64,000 nucleotides of DNA from sequence record NC_047822.1, one strand, 5' to 3'. Positions within the stretch are counted from its first letter, which is position 1; each line of letters opens with the position of its first letter. Below, piece by piece: positions 15,905 to 25,089 of this stretch. The position numbers and the translations under genes are program-made. Below the pieces are notes generated by a model. The model ran no database searches and was not told the origin of the DNA. It saw only the letters and a program-made list of their open reading frames with translations. Source of the stretch: Escherichia phage phiLLS.

Positions 15905-16249
15905 ATGACTATATTACTAATTCTTGTTACAACTTGGTTTTTAATCGGTGCTGGATACGCGATAGCTATTATTAGACATTTGGATGAACATTCTGCTGAA
16001 TGGTTTGTTAAGTATCTACGTATTGATGGTCAAGAACAGAAGTTTAAAGACGAAAAGCAGAAAAAAGCAGTAAATAATATGACAGCCAAAGAATGCTTGT
16101 TCTACATGCGTATTGTAGGGTTCTTTGGACTATTAGTTGCTGGCCCAATTGGTTCTACCATTGCTCCGTATAAGGAAACAGTTGCTGACATCAAATTGTG
16201 GAGAAATGCAGGGGTACTGCACAAAGCTAGAAAAACTAATATTACATAA
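15905..16249 (+). CDS. membrane protein (about 114 aa)
   Basis: Start moved to MTILLILV after RBS TGGAGA; two TM segments. Confidence 0.45.
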   Translation: MTILLILVTTWFLIGAGYAIAIIRHLDEHSAEWFVKYLRIDGQEQKFKDEKQKKAVNNMTAKECLFYMRIVGFFGLLVAGPIGSTIAPYKETVADIKLWRNAGVLHKARKTNIT

Positions 16250-16343
16250 GATTGACACTAAGTCAGCTTACTAGCAAAAGCAAATAATGACAAAGCCCAG
16301 CCTGCACTTTTGCGACTGGGCTATTTTTATAATAAAATTTTAG

Positions 16344-16390
16344 TTGCTTAGATGCCCAAACTTTTGTATAATATGTTTATAGATTGAGGC
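16344..16390 (+). promoter_or_regulatory. T5-type early promoter
   Basis: TTGCTT then TATAAT 16366-16371, downstream GATTGAGGCAAGAGG. Confidence 0.5.
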
Positions 16391-16403
16391 AAGAGGATTA
16401 AAT

Positions 16404-17102
16404 ATGAGGATTATTTCTAAGTTCGCCGATGTGTATGATTTGCAGAACAGTTTGTTTGACCCAGATCGTGTGTGGGAACGTAAAACTGAGGAGTTACTGG
16501 TTAAAGTAACCGATGATGCAGAAAAGAACATTGTGCATACTCGCCAGGTATTTCGTGATGGTTCGCTATCTTTCCATGGTGATTTCGAATATTTTGTAAA
16601 CCCACTATTTGTTGCAGGTGAAGTTTACTGGTTACACGAGCTGTACTGCTGGCATCCAGCATTTAGCTTCAAAACGTTCAACCTCGACACTATGTTCGAT
16701 AAAATGGAAGAGATGGGATTGCATGCTCGCTCTTACTTAATGGATAAAAGTCGTGGGGATGTTCGTGAAACAATGCGTGATCTGCTAGTTGAAGCAAAAC
16801 CTAAAGCAGAACGTATCTTATCCGAACTGCGTGTACCGATTGCATATGTGAAAGGTATTAAAAAGAATGATAACGATGATGTTCGTAACTTCGTAATTCA
16901 GACTAACATTCGTTTCCATCAGTCAGGTATTCCGTGGCAGGAAATTGAAAGTAACTTATACCGTTTACACCAAGTTCTCGAACAGTATATCTTTGGTGTA
17001 CTAGGAACTGGTGAGCCTGATATGATTAAAGTATCAGATAAAGACAGGTTAGCAGCGCATGGATTTGATACAAAAACTTCTTTCAGGAATATGGCAAGGT
17101 AA
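16404..17102 (+). CDS. hypothetical protein (232 aa)
   Basis: RBS AAGAGGATTAAAT after promoter. Confidence 0.55.
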   Translation: MRIISKFADVYDLQNSLFDPDRVWERKTEELLVKVTDDAEKNIVHTRQVFRDGSLSFHGDFEYFVNPLFVAGEVYWLHELYCWHPAFSFKTFNLDTMFDKMEEMGLHARSYLMDKSRGDVRETMRDLLVEAKPKAERILSELRVPIAYVKGIKKNDNDDVRNFVIQTNIRFHQSGIPWQEIESNLYRLHQVLEQYIFGVLGTGEPDMIKVSDKDRLAAHGFDTKTSFRNMAR

Positions 17103-17508
17103 GTGGTATATCCTGGGAGCAGGTCTAGCGATAGGCATCGGGTTCGGTGCTTATCACTTAGTAAATAAAGTGGAGACTTTGGCGGGAGATCTTGCGGTAG
17201 CTACTAAAAAGATTTCTTCTCTAGAGACTTCCCTTAACAAGGTGAAAGCTGAAAGCGAACTTCGTGAGACTAGAATGAATCAGTATTTCACAATGAATAA
17301 TATTTCGCAAGCAGATCTAGACAAAAAGATTAAGCAGCTAGATAAAGCTCTTAGTCGTCAAGATGTTATCGCTGCAAAGCCTGGATTGGTAACATTAATT
17401 GCTAAAAAGCAGAATAAAGAATTCGAGGAAAGATTAGCGTGTTTAACTGGAAACTTGGAGTACTGCTCGCAGCCACAATCACAATCGCAGGCTGTGCAGA
17501 AGAAATAA
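17059..17508 (+). CDS. membrane protein with coiled-coil (i-spanin-like candidate)
   Basis: N-terminal TM WYILGAGLAIGIGFGAYHLV then coiled-coil; 3' end overlaps the lipoprotein ORF. Confidence 0.4.
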   Translation: MDLIQKLLSGIWQGKWYILGAGLAIGIGFGAYHLVNKVETLAGDLAVATKKISSLETSLNKVKAESELRETRMNQYFTMNNISQADLDKKIKQLDKALSRQDVIAAKPGLVTLIAKKQNKEFEERLACLTGNLEYCSQPQSQSQAVQKK

Positions 17509-17792
17509 AACCAGAGCCATCTCATGAGTTAAAGCAAGCTCATGTAGACTGGCCTAAAGGACTTCAACCTTGTAGCTTTGACTTTAAGTTTGAAAAGAAA
17601 TTAGCTACAAATGGAGAAGATGGCGTAGTAGTTGTTGTACCGTATAAAGATTGGAATGCAAAAGCAAAATGTGAGGAAGCAGTTTACTCTTACATTTCAC
17701 GACTGACTGGTATGGTTTGCTTCTATCGCCAAGATTTACAAGAAAAACGTTGCTTAGTTTACTATCCACCAATTAACAATAGGAAAGATTAA
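17439..17792 (+). CDS. lipoprotein (o-spanin-like candidate)
   Basis: Signal peptide with lipobox ITIAGC; start embedded in upstream ORF in another frame. Confidence 0.4.
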   Translation: MFNWKLGVLLAATITIAGCAEEIKPEPSHELKQAHVDWPKGLQPCSFDFKFEKKLATNGEDGVVVVVPYKDWNAKAKCEEAVYSYISRLTGMVCFYRQDLQEKRCLVYYPPINNRKD

Positions 17793-18544
17793 TGTCAGTA
17801 TTAGTCGGTTTACATGGTGAAGCTGGTTCGGGAAAAGATACCGTTGCAAAATTAATTATCGATTGGTGTAATGACACGTATCCAACGTGTTTATCCCGTC
17901 GTTATAGTTTTGCTAAGCCCGTTTATGAACTTGCATCCGTAATCCTCGGTGTAACTCCAGAGTTTTTAGGAGAGCGCAGGGGAAAAGAGATTGACCAATG
18001 GTTTACGGTCACACAATCTCAACTGGAGCGAGCCAGAGATGTGTGGTTTAAGTACGGTATCGATAAGTTTGAAGACTTCTCGTACGTTTGGCCTATTTTT
18101 GAGGAAAAATATCTTAATCCTCAACAACTTATCTCAGAGAATAAAGAAGACGGACTTTATAGTTTATTTATTTCTCCGAGAAAAATGTTACAGCTCGTAG
18201 GGACAGAGCTAGGAAGGCAGCTGGTGCATGAACGCATTTGGCTCATAATTCTGGAGCAATCCATCGCTAAAGACGACCCAGATGTCGCCGTAATAACAGA
18301 TGTTAGATTCCCCAATGAAGGAGAGTTACTCAGAGAAACAAACCATTTAGATATGGATTCTTTGATAGTAAATGTAGTACCCGCTGAGCAGAAGTTCACT
18401 ATTAAATCAGATCATCCATCTGAAAGTGGTATTCCTGCAAAATATATTACTCACGAATTAGTTAATAAATTCGATGGTATCAATAACCTTAAACTAGAAG
18501 TTTATAACTTCTGTGACTTAGAGCTAGAACCACTAGTTGGATAA
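17792..18544 (+). CDS. deoxynucleoside monophosphate kinase
   Basis: P-loop GLHGEAGSGKDT; 250 aa as in the T5 dNMP kinase; ATG overlaps upstream stop. Confidence 0.65.
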   Translation: MSVLVGLHGEAGSGKDTVAKLIIDWCNDTYPTCLSRRYSFAKPVYELASVILGVTPEFLGERRGKEIDQWFTVTQSQLERARDVWFKYGIDKFEDFSYVWPIFEEKYLNPQQLISENKEDGLYSLFISPRKMLQLVGTELGRQLVHERIWLIILEQSIAKDDPDVAVITDVRFPNEGELLRETNHLDMDSLIVNVVPAEQKFTIKSDHPSESGIPAKYITHELVNKFDGINNLKLEVYNFCDLELEPLVG

Positions 18545-18556
18545 TCAAGGATCGCT

Positions 18557-19153
18557 ATGGCTAATAAAAAAGAAAAGACTAATCTGTTTCACTCCATTCG
18601 CCAATCTAACGAGTATACCTTCTTCTTTGATGAAGAATTAGGCCCGCCGGATGAATACCGTGATTTATCAATGGTACTTATGCAGGCAAATGAGGACGAC
18701 GAAATTAATCTGATGATTAATGGTCCGGGTGGTTATGTTGATACTGCTGCACAGTTATCTAACTTAATTGCTAATTGCCGTGGAACAGTTATAGGACACC
18801 TGATTGGTCCTAGTGCTTCTGCTTACTGCACAATTTTCCTATCCTGTCATGGATGGGTAGTACATCCACATGCTACGCTAATGGGACACACGTTCTCTGG
18901 CGGATTCTGTGAGAAGGGTCAAGAAATTAAGAAAGCCTATGAATCTTACAACAAGTTCGTAGAAGATATGATGCTAGATGTCTACTATCCGTTCTTCTCA
19001 ATAGACGAAATCGACGAGATGGTAAAAGACAACAAAAATATCTATCTAGATAGCAAAGAAATCCATAAGCGTATTGAAATCTTGGCAAAATATCGATCTG
19101 AGCAATATAATAAAGCCCAGTTACCTCAATTTGAGGAGCACAGTGGAGAGTAA
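18557..19153 (+). CDS. ClpP-like serine peptidase (S14 family)
   Basis: LMINGPGGYV...GPSASAYCTIFLSCHG parallels ClpP INSPGG...GQAASMGAFLL motifs. Confidence 0.5.
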   Translation: MANKKEKTNLFHSIRQSNEYTFFFDEELGPPDEYRDLSMVLMQANEDDEINLMINGPGGYVDTAAQLSNLIANCRGTVIGHLIGPSASAYCTIFLSCHGWVVHPHATLMGHTFSGGFCEKGQEIKKAYESYNKFVEDMMLDVYYPFFSIDEIDEMVKDNKNIYLDSKEIHKRIEILAKYRSEQYNKAQLPQFEEHSGE

Positions 19154-19162
19154 GTAGTTTTA

Positions 19163-19196
19163 AGCCAGGGTTTAACGACCCTGGCTTTTCTTTTAT
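19163..19196 (+). terminator. Rho-independent terminator
   Basis: GCCAGGGT...ACCCTGGC hairpin followed by TTTTCTTTT. Confidence 0.6.
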
Positions 19197-19309
19197 CTAA
19201 AATTCTTCTTGACAACGACAAAATTTTATGCTCCAGAAGTGATCTTTAAAAACACATTGTAATTTTCCTCCAAAATTAGTATAATGGTACTGGTTAGAGG
19301 AGGTTACAA

Positions 19310-19966
19310 TTGGAAAAGTTCTTACAATTATTAACGGTACTGCTCCAAGAAGCGAAAGATCCAGCATCGCTTCTTAAACGTCTGCTAACTATCTTAGTTG
19401 CTGTCATTATTTTCTTATTTGTTAGTAATACTAGCGAGGTGATGTCATTCTTAAAGACTTTCTCCACGTCTGCGGTCCTACAGGATGTTCAAACTCAAAG
19501 GATAGATAACTTTCCTAATGTAGCTAGAGAAAAGAGCATGGTACTCTTTTCTCAAACGGGTGCGGATGCTGTTTTTGTCGTCAAGTATAAACCCGATGCC
19601 ATTAATGATTATTCTAACATTATTGCATGGGAAAGCAATGCGCAATTAGATAGGGCTGACTTGGCCGATAAAGCGGTAAATAAAACGTCTGAGCTATATA
19701 GACGTCACTTGGAAGGCTTTAACTACGCATCGGATTTAAGTGTAAAAGTAAATAAATACATGGGGTTAAATATACCTGCGTTTAAGAACGTTACTTTTAA
19801 TTACATATACACTTGTCCATATTTCAATCTAAACAATATCTATGCTGGATATATTGGTATTGCTTGGAAAGATAATCCTGTAGATGCAGCCGATTCTGAG
19901 AAATTTAACGAGTATTTAACAAAGCTCTGTTCCCCACAACAGAGATCTTTAGGTAGATCAATATGA
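19310..19966 (+). CDS. holin-like membrane protein
   Basis: 218 aa with single TM (ILVAVIIFLFV); immediately upstream of endolysin with ATGA overlap. Confidence 0.5.
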   Translation: MEKFLQLLTVLLQEAKDPASLLKRLLTILVAVIIFLFVSNTSEVMSFLKTFSTSAVLQDVQTQRIDNFPNVAREKSMVLFSQTGADAVFVVKYKPDAINDYSNIIAWESNAQLDRADLADKAVNKTSELYRRHLEGFNYASDLSVKVNKYMGLNIPAFKNVTFNYIYTCPYFNLNNIYAGYIGIAWKDNPVDAADSEKFNEYLTKLCSPQQRSLGRSI

Positions 19967-20376
19967 GTTTTAAATTTGGTAAAAATAGCGAAAAACAATT
20001 AGCTACCGTTAAGCCAGAGCTACAAAAAGTAGCTCGTAGAGCTTTAGAATTATCTCCATATGATTTCACGATCGTACAGGGTATTCGTACAGTAGCACAA
20101 AGTGCCCAGAATATTGCTAATGGTACTTCATTTTTAAAAGATCCTAGTAAAAGCAAGCATATTACTGGTGATGCTCTTGATTTTGCTCCATACATTAATG
20201 GCAAAATTGATTGGAATGACTTAGAAGCATTTTGGGCAGTTAAAAAGGCTTTTGAACAAGCGGGTAAAGAACTAGGCATTAAACTTCGTTTTGGTGCTGA
20301 TTGGAATGCTTCGGGAGACTATCACGATGAAATAAAACGTGGTACCTATGATGGCGGTCATGTCGAACTAGTTTAA
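19963..20376 (+). CDS. endolysin, L-alanyl-D-glutamate peptidase (peptidase M15)
   Basis: 137 aa; Zn-binding SKHITGDALDF and DGGHVEL motifs; length matches T5 endolysin. Confidence 0.75.
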   Translation: MSFKFGKNSEKQLATVKPELQKVARRALELSPYDFTIVQGIRTVAQSAQNIANGTSFLKDPSKSKHITGDALDFAPYINGKIDWNDLEAFWAVKKAFEQAGKELGIKLRFGADWNASGDYHDEIKRGTYDGGHVELV

Positions 20377-20385
20377 TTAATAACT

Positions 20386-20412
20386 GAGGCGGGAATATTC
20401 CCGCCTTTTTAG
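20386..20412 (+). terminator. Rho-independent terminator
   Basis: GGCGGGAATATTCCCGCC hairpin followed by TTTTT. Confidence 0.65.
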
Positions 20413-20453
20413 GCAAAGGGGGCTTTAATAATTTTTAAAGATAGGAGAAAGCC

Positions 20454-20870
20454 ATGTTTGCAGAACTATTCACTATGATGCTGCTAGGTATCTGGAAAAT
20501 AAGTCTAGTAGTATTCGTTTTAATGATAGTCTTTACTATCATTGCATTAACTACCCGAAATAGCTTATTAATAAAGGTTATTCACGGACTAGAGTATATA
20601 ATTATGGGTTCATTCGGCGTTTGTAAATGCAATTGCCATAGAGATACGAAATATTGTTGGTTATGGATGGAACTAGAGAATCCTATATCCATAGCTTTGG
20701 CTGTTTCATTCGGCATGATTCTTATGGCCCTTACTCTAGCATTAATACCTTTGATGTTAGCTGGGGGAGTTACAGCGTATTTCACCCTTTTCTCCCCGAT
20801 ACTTATGTACTCAATTTACCCAATAACTATGTATCTAGTTAGGAAAAGATTTATACATGCAGTAGATTAA
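20454..20870 (+). CDS. polytopic membrane protein (138 aa)
   Basis: Four hydrophobic segments; RBS TAGGAGAAAGCC. Confidence 0.5.
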   Translation: MFAELFTMMLLGIWKISLVVFVLMIVFTIIALTTRNSLLIKVIHGLEYIIMGSFGVCKCNCHRDTKYCWLWMELENPISIALAVSFGMILMALTLALIPLMLAGGVTAYFTLFSPILMYSIYPITMYLVRKRFIHAVD

Positions 20871-20883
20871 GATAAAAAAGTAG

Positions 20884-20930
20884 TTGACTTTTAGCCCTAG
20901 TTATTATATAATATATACATAAATTAGTTA
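20884..20930 (+). promoter_or_regulatory. T5-type early promoter
   Basis: TTGACT 20884-20889, TATAAT 20907-20912, spacer 17. Confidence 0.55.
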
Positions 20931-20945
20931 AGAGAGGTATATAAT

Positions 20946-21377
20946 ATGTCTGATCGTTTCTACACTCAAATGGCGGAACATTTTCGTATACCACATTACG
21001 AGCTAAACATTGCACTCCGCGATCATGACTCTCCTGAGTACAAAAAGCTCGAAAAGAAAGCGGAAAAATCTATTGATACAAAGGTAGGTGCATCTATGTC
21101 TAAGGGCAAAAAGTTAACTCGTCTTGATCTTAATAAAATTTTAACTGAACTTTTGGGTACTGATATTGAGGGTGCTAAATTACCGCTTCTTGTACTAGAG
21201 ACTATGATTAAAAAGGTCAAAAATAAAGAATATAAGAAGGTAGAAGTCCCAGAAGGCAGATTAAAGGCTCCTTATCAGGAAGCATTAACCGAGTGTTTGG
21301 GTGTAAATCTTGATCTGAGCACCGCAACCGTAAAAACTATGAAAAACTTCTTAGAGGCCATTAATAACTATGAGTAA
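20946..21377 (+). CDS. hypothetical protein (143 aa)
   Basis: RBS AAGAGAGGTATATAAT after promoter. Confidence 0.5.
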   Translation: MSDRFYTQMAEHFRIPHYELNIALRDHDSPEYKKLEKKAEKSIDTKVGASMSKGKKLTRLDLNKILTELLGTDIEGAKLPLLVLETMIKKVKNKEYKKVEVPEGRLKAPYQEALTECLGVNLDLSTATVKTMKNFLEAINNYE

Positions 21378-21660
21378 ATTAGTATATCTATTGAAAGGTT
21401 CTACTTGCAATCCTTGCAAAATGTTTGAGCCAGTATTTGATAAAGTAGTCAATGACTATAATTTGGAAGTCCATAAAGAGACTGATAATACAGAATTAAT
21501 GCAGAAATTTGGTGTACGCCAAGTTCCTGTAGTAGTTCTAGCGGATCGCTTACCTAATGGTCGAGTAGAAGCTAATCATATTTTGATTGGACGCCAGCTT
21601 CGTAAAGAAACTATGCACGAAGCTATTAAAAATTTCCTGGATGATAATCCAGAGGATTAA
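21370..21660 (+). CDS. thioredoxin/glutaredoxin-like protein
   Basis: CNPC active-site-like motif and VPVVVL strand; 96 aa. Confidence 0.45.
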   Translation: MSKLVYLLKGSTCNPCKMFEPVFDKVVNDYNLEVHKETDNTELMQKFGVRQVPVVVLADRLPNGRVEANHILIGRQLRKETMHEAIKNFLDDNPED

Positions 21661-21666
21661 TAAACC

Positions 21667-21696
21667 AAGCCTGATCTTAGCGGATCAGGCTTTTAT
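21667..21696 (+). terminator. Rho-independent terminator
   Basis: AAGCCTGATC...GATCAGGCTT hairpin then TTTATTTT. Confidence 0.65.
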
Positions 21697-21701
21697 TTTA
21701 C

Positions 21702-21750
21702 TTGCTTTTTGCTAAAAATTTTGGTATAATAATTATATAAATTGATAAGA
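21702..21750 (+). promoter_or_regulatory. T5-type early promoter
   Basis: TTGCTT 21702-21707, TATAAT 21725-21730, spacer 17. Confidence 0.55.
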
Positions 21751-21787
21751 AGGCTATCTACACACTACAAGAAATAGGGGTATTCCA

Positions 21788-22165
21788 ATGAACTATGCAT
21801 ATCTAATTATTAATAATAACGTAGTTTGTGGTACTCGCGCTGTTGAGATGGGTATTACAGAAGAAAAGTATAAGTCACTTCCAGAAAAGGAACAACAATA
21901 TTATGTTGAAGAAGCTGCTTGGGAGTATGCTGAGGTTTATCCCGAAGAACGTGAAGATTGTCTTACTCTTGTTGTGTCTCTGGGTTTGGTTGGCTGTGAT
22001 ACCGAAGTTGATACAGACCTAGAGACTTTAGAGGAGTGGGAAGAGTTAGATATTTCAGCTAAAAACTCCTTAATCCGTGAAGCCTTTTGGGAAGCTGTAG
22101 ATTGCCATGTAGTATTTGAGCCTAATGATGAAGAGGCTGAAAAACATACTAACCATTGGAGATAA
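21788..22165 (+). CDS. hypothetical acidic protein (125 aa)
   Basis: Glu/Asp-rich; follows promoter. Confidence 0.5.
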   Translation: MNYAYLIINNNVVCGTRAVEMGITEEKYKSLPEKEQQYYVEEAAWEYAEVYPEEREDCLTLVVSLGLVGCDTEVDTDLETLEEWEELDISAKNSLIREAFWEAVDCHVVFEPNDEEAEKHTNHWR

Positions 22166-22169
22166 TCAA

Positions 22170-22415
22170 ATGTTAGCAGAACAAGCAAAACGTTTAGCTA
22201 GAATAAATAGAGCTGCACTCCTTAAGAGCCGAAAGAAAACGTATAGATGGGTTAAGCGGAGGATAGTATCTTCTGTAGAGATTGGAGGTTCCTTTGTACA
22301 GCTTAATCGTGACGAAATTAGTTATGAAGCTATAAAAGCCCTCAATAAAGAGGGTTATACTCTCCAATTATCTAATGAGTATGGCACAACTATTTTAACT
22401 GTTATTTGGGAATAA
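22170..22415 (+). CDS. hypothetical protein (about 81 aa)
   Basis: Start moved to ATG after RBS GGAGA. Confidence 0.4.
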   Translation: MLAEQAKRLARINRAALLKSRKKTYRWVKRRIVSSVEIGGSFVQLNRDEISYEAIKALNKEGYTLQLSNEYGTTILTVIWE

Positions 22416-22417
22416 TT

Positions 22418-23281
22418 ATGAAAAAAGAATTTAATGTGCATAAAACACTAGTAGTACCTGATGATGTTAACTTATTCTTTGTTGGTGATATTCATGGATG
22501 CAACGATTTACTAGAAGATGCACTACAATTAGCTGGCTATAACGGCAAGAAAGACTGCGTTGTATGCGTGGGGGATTTAATTGATCGAGGCACGCAGAAC
22601 CTACAAGTTTTAGCCAAATTCCTGTATAATCCACGCTTTATCAGTGTCCGTGGTAATCATGACCAATTTATGATTGTGGGAGATTGGGCTAACTGGATGT
22701 ATAACGGTGGTATGTGGGCCATGAATGAACTAGATGCAGATACCATTAAAAATATTGCTGAAGACATGGCTGAAAAAATGCCAGTATTTCTGACTGTATT
22801 GCATCGTGGTAAAAAGTATGGTGTTGTTCATGGTGGTGTACCTTTTACGTACAAAGAATGCGGTAACGAAGTAGAAACCCCAGTATGGGATAGTCTTATT
22901 GCACAAGTAGAAGCAGCTAAGGAAGACCCCCATGACCATCCTGGATACCATGTTGAGCCATACTTATGGGATCGAGATGTAATCCAAGAAATAGGTTTTC
23001 ACTTAGCTAAAAATGGTGAAGAACACTCATATTTCCAGCGTTATGCAGGGTTTAAAGAGAAATACATGGTAGAAGTACCTCCGGTTAATGGAGTAGACTT
23101 TGTATTTCATGGGCATACCGGAGTACCTTACCCGATTTTATACCAGAACCGTGTTTACCTAGATACTGGCGGTGTTTTCAACGGGCAGTTGACGGTTGCG
23201 CAAGTTAACGATGAAACTGGCAAAATCACCACATTTACCACAGACAAAAATGATAGCTGCGGTGTACAGAGGATCCTTTAA
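22418..23281 (+). CDS. Ser/Thr protein phosphatase (calcineurin-like metallophosphatase)
   Basis: GDIHGC, GDLIDRG, RGNHD motifs; start codon uncertain (22406 or 22418). Confidence 0.65.
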   Translation: MKKEFNVHKTLVVPDDVNLFFVGDIHGCNDLLEDALQLAGYNGKKDCVVCVGDLIDRGTQNLQVLAKFLYNPRFISVRGNHDQFMIVGDWANWMYNGGMWAMNELDADTIKNIAEDMAEKMPVFLTVLHRGKKYGVVHGGVPFTYKECGNEVETPVWDSLIAQVEAAKEDPHDHPGYHVEPYLWDRDVIQEIGFHLAKNGEEHSYFQRYAGFKEKYMVEVPPVNGVDFVFHGHTGVPYPILYQNRVYLDTGGVFNGQLTVAQVNDETGKITTFTTDKNDSCGVQRIL

Positions 23282-23580
23282 TGAATGATAGAATGAAAGA
23301 AGTACAAGAAGAATTACGAGCAATGCGTATTGATGCCCTTCGTTGGAGGGCATTAGTTAATGCTTTCGTCAAAGGAGACACCGGAGTAATATATTCTGGA
23401 ATAGCAGTCAATTTTTGTTTTAATTCTCCTGCTGAAATAGAGATAGAAACAAGGCTTACTACCTACCTTAATGAGGTAGATCTTAAGGAAGGAGAGACTC
23501 CTGAGGAGTTTAAAACCAAAGTGTTAACCTCTTGGGTTGATAGTTTAATACAGAATAAGGAAAAGAGTAATGAAAGTTAA
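23281..23580 (+). CDS. hypothetical protein (99 aa)
   Basis: TAATG overlap with phosphatase stop. Confidence 0.45.
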   Translation: MNDRMKEVQEELRAMRIDALRWRALVNAFVKGDTGVIYSGIAVNFCFNSPAEIEIETRLTTYLNEVDLKEGETPEEFKTKVLTSWVDSLIQNKEKSNES

Positions 23581-24160
23581 ATTCTGGTCAGACTTGCATC
23601 TAGACCACCCTGGAGCGTTACGTTTCCGTCCGTGGTTTAAGAACATGAAAGAGCACGATGAGTATATTCTAGATACTTTGTCTAAGCATATTGGTAAACG
23701 AACAAAACTTATTTTGCTAGGAGATATTGCAGTAGGTCGTGAAGGTCTAACCAAATTAAAGTCGGTTATCCACAATGTCCCTAATCAACTTATTATGGGT
23801 AATCATGATGCGGAACGTCAAGGACTGAGCATCAGGGATTTAGCGGAAGTTTATGACGATATCCAGGCTCTAGGTAAACAGACTGGAGGCGGCAAAAAGT
23901 TTTGGCTATCTCACTGCCCTTTGCACCCTAATGAACTTCGTGGCAAACTAAATATTCACGGACATGTACATACTACTTCTCTACGTGATCCACGTTATAT
24001 TAATGTCTCATTTGAAATGAGTAAAACTCCAATCCCACTGGAGGATATTGTATCTGGTAAGTTTACTAGCTATGATAGAGTAGTTAATTGTACTACCGGC
24101 GAAGTATTACAAATAGGGGAAGATGTAGCTGCCGTATTGCGTGGAGATATAAATGTCTAA
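23570..24160 (+). CDS. calcineurin-like metallophosphoesterase
   Basis: SDLHLD, GDIAVG, GNHD, GHVH motifs. Confidence 0.55.
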   Translation: MKVKFWSDLHLDHPGALRFRPWFKNMKEHDEYILDTLSKHIGKRTKLILLGDIAVGREGLTKLKSVIHNVPNQLIMGNHDAERQGLSIRDLAEVYDDIQALGKQTGGGKKFWLSHCPLHPNELRGKLNIHGHVHTTSLRDPRYINVSFEMSKTPIPLEDIVSGKFTSYDRVVNCTTGEVLQIGEDVAAVLRGDINV

Positions 24161-24275
24161 GTATATAGCTGAGGCTATTATTAAACGAATCATACAAACA
24201 GTAGCAATACTTATAATCATTTGTATTGCTATTGGCACAGGATTAGGCATTTTAACTAAAAGTTTTATTTGCTAA
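24153..24275 (+). CDS. small hydrophobic peptide (40 aa)
   Basis: Not in ORF track; RBS GGAGATATAA; single TM. Confidence 0.3.
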   Translation: MSKYIAEAIIKRIIQTVAILIIICIAIGTGLGILTKSFIC

Positions 24276-24313
24276 AATGCTTAAGTTTCTGTATAATTAC
24301 TTTATAAATTGAT
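24269..24313 (+). promoter_or_regulatory. T5-type early promoter
   Basis: TTGCTA 24269-24274, TATAAT 24292-24297, spacer 17. Confidence 0.55.
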
Positions 24314-24327
24314 GAGAAGGAATCAAA

Positions 24328-24759
24328 ATGAACAAAGTTGATAAAGCTCTAGTTTTCGCAGCAGCAGATAAGTTTGAACAAGTTAAGGCAACTTTCCGAA
24401 CCTTGTTCCAGTCTTACGTTCAGGATAAGTCCAATCCTATCTCTGAACGTTTGATGGTCTGGGAATGTTATGCTTGCAATGCCCTGCTAATTGCTGATTA
24501 CCGTAGTGACATAGATAAAGATCTTTGTGAAATCCTTATCCCTGAGGAAGCAGAACGTTATCAGCTAATCTCTTTCCAAGATTTGGCAGAGCACATCATC
24601 CCTGATGATCTTTGGGACAAGTATTATGGTGATCCTGAAGATGAAGGAATGACTCCAGAAGCCTGTATTGAGCTGATCTGCAAAGATCATCCTGAAATTG
24701 CAGAGAAATTTGAAAAAGTTTTTGCTTCTGAGTTCTCCGGCGTTGTTAACGATTGGTAA
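24328..24759 (+). CDS. hypothetical acidic protein (143 aa)
   Basis: RBS GAGAAGGAATCAAA after promoter. Confidence 0.5.
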   Translation: MNKVDKALVFAAADKFEQVKATFRTLFQSYVQDKSNPISERLMVWECYACNALLIADYRSDIDKDLCEILIPEEAERYQLISFQDLAEHIIPDDLWDKYYGDPEDEGMTPEACIELICKDHPEIAEKFEKVFASEFSGVVNDW

Positions 24760-24786
24760 GTAATTAAAAAATTCAGTTGCTTTAGG

Positions 24787-24830
24787 CCTTAAAATTCTGT
24801 ATAATAAGTTCATAAATTAATGAGAGAGGA
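24787..24830 (+). promoter_or_regulatory. T5-type early promoter
   Basis: TTGCTT 24787-24792, TATAAT 24810-24815, spacer 17. Confidence 0.55.
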
Positions 24831-24837
24831 AATTCTA

Positions 24838-25089
24838 ATGGAAAACATGACTAAAAACGAAATGGCTAACGTTCTGGCAATTCTCCTCGACATGCAGGGT
24901 TTTGAGGGTCAGCTAATGAAGATGTCTATTCCGGCGATGAAAAAGATGTATGATTCTCTGAATAAGAATGCTATGGCGTTCAACCTTGCAAAACAGGAAG
25001 CTCGTTTTGCTAAAGAGCATCAAGCGACTGCCGAACGTCGTGCAGCATCTTTTGAGCGTGAAGTTAAGCAACTGAAAGGTAAGAAATAA
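24838..25089 (+). CDS. hypothetical protein (about 83 aa)
   Basis: Start moved to ATG after RBS GAGAGAGGAAAT. Confidence 0.45.
   Translation: MENMTKNEMANVLAILLDMQGFEGQLMKMSIPAMKKMYDSLNKNAMAFNLAKQEARFAKEHQATAERRAASFEREVKQLKGKK

Noticed and set aside
17792-20376. Possibility that the window is a temperate prophage (integrase, repressor, att sites)
   Set aside because: No integrase or repressor-like ORFs seen; gene content (tRNA array, PN25-type promoters, A1-like and dmp-like genes, T5-sized structural proteins) fits a virulent T5-like phage.
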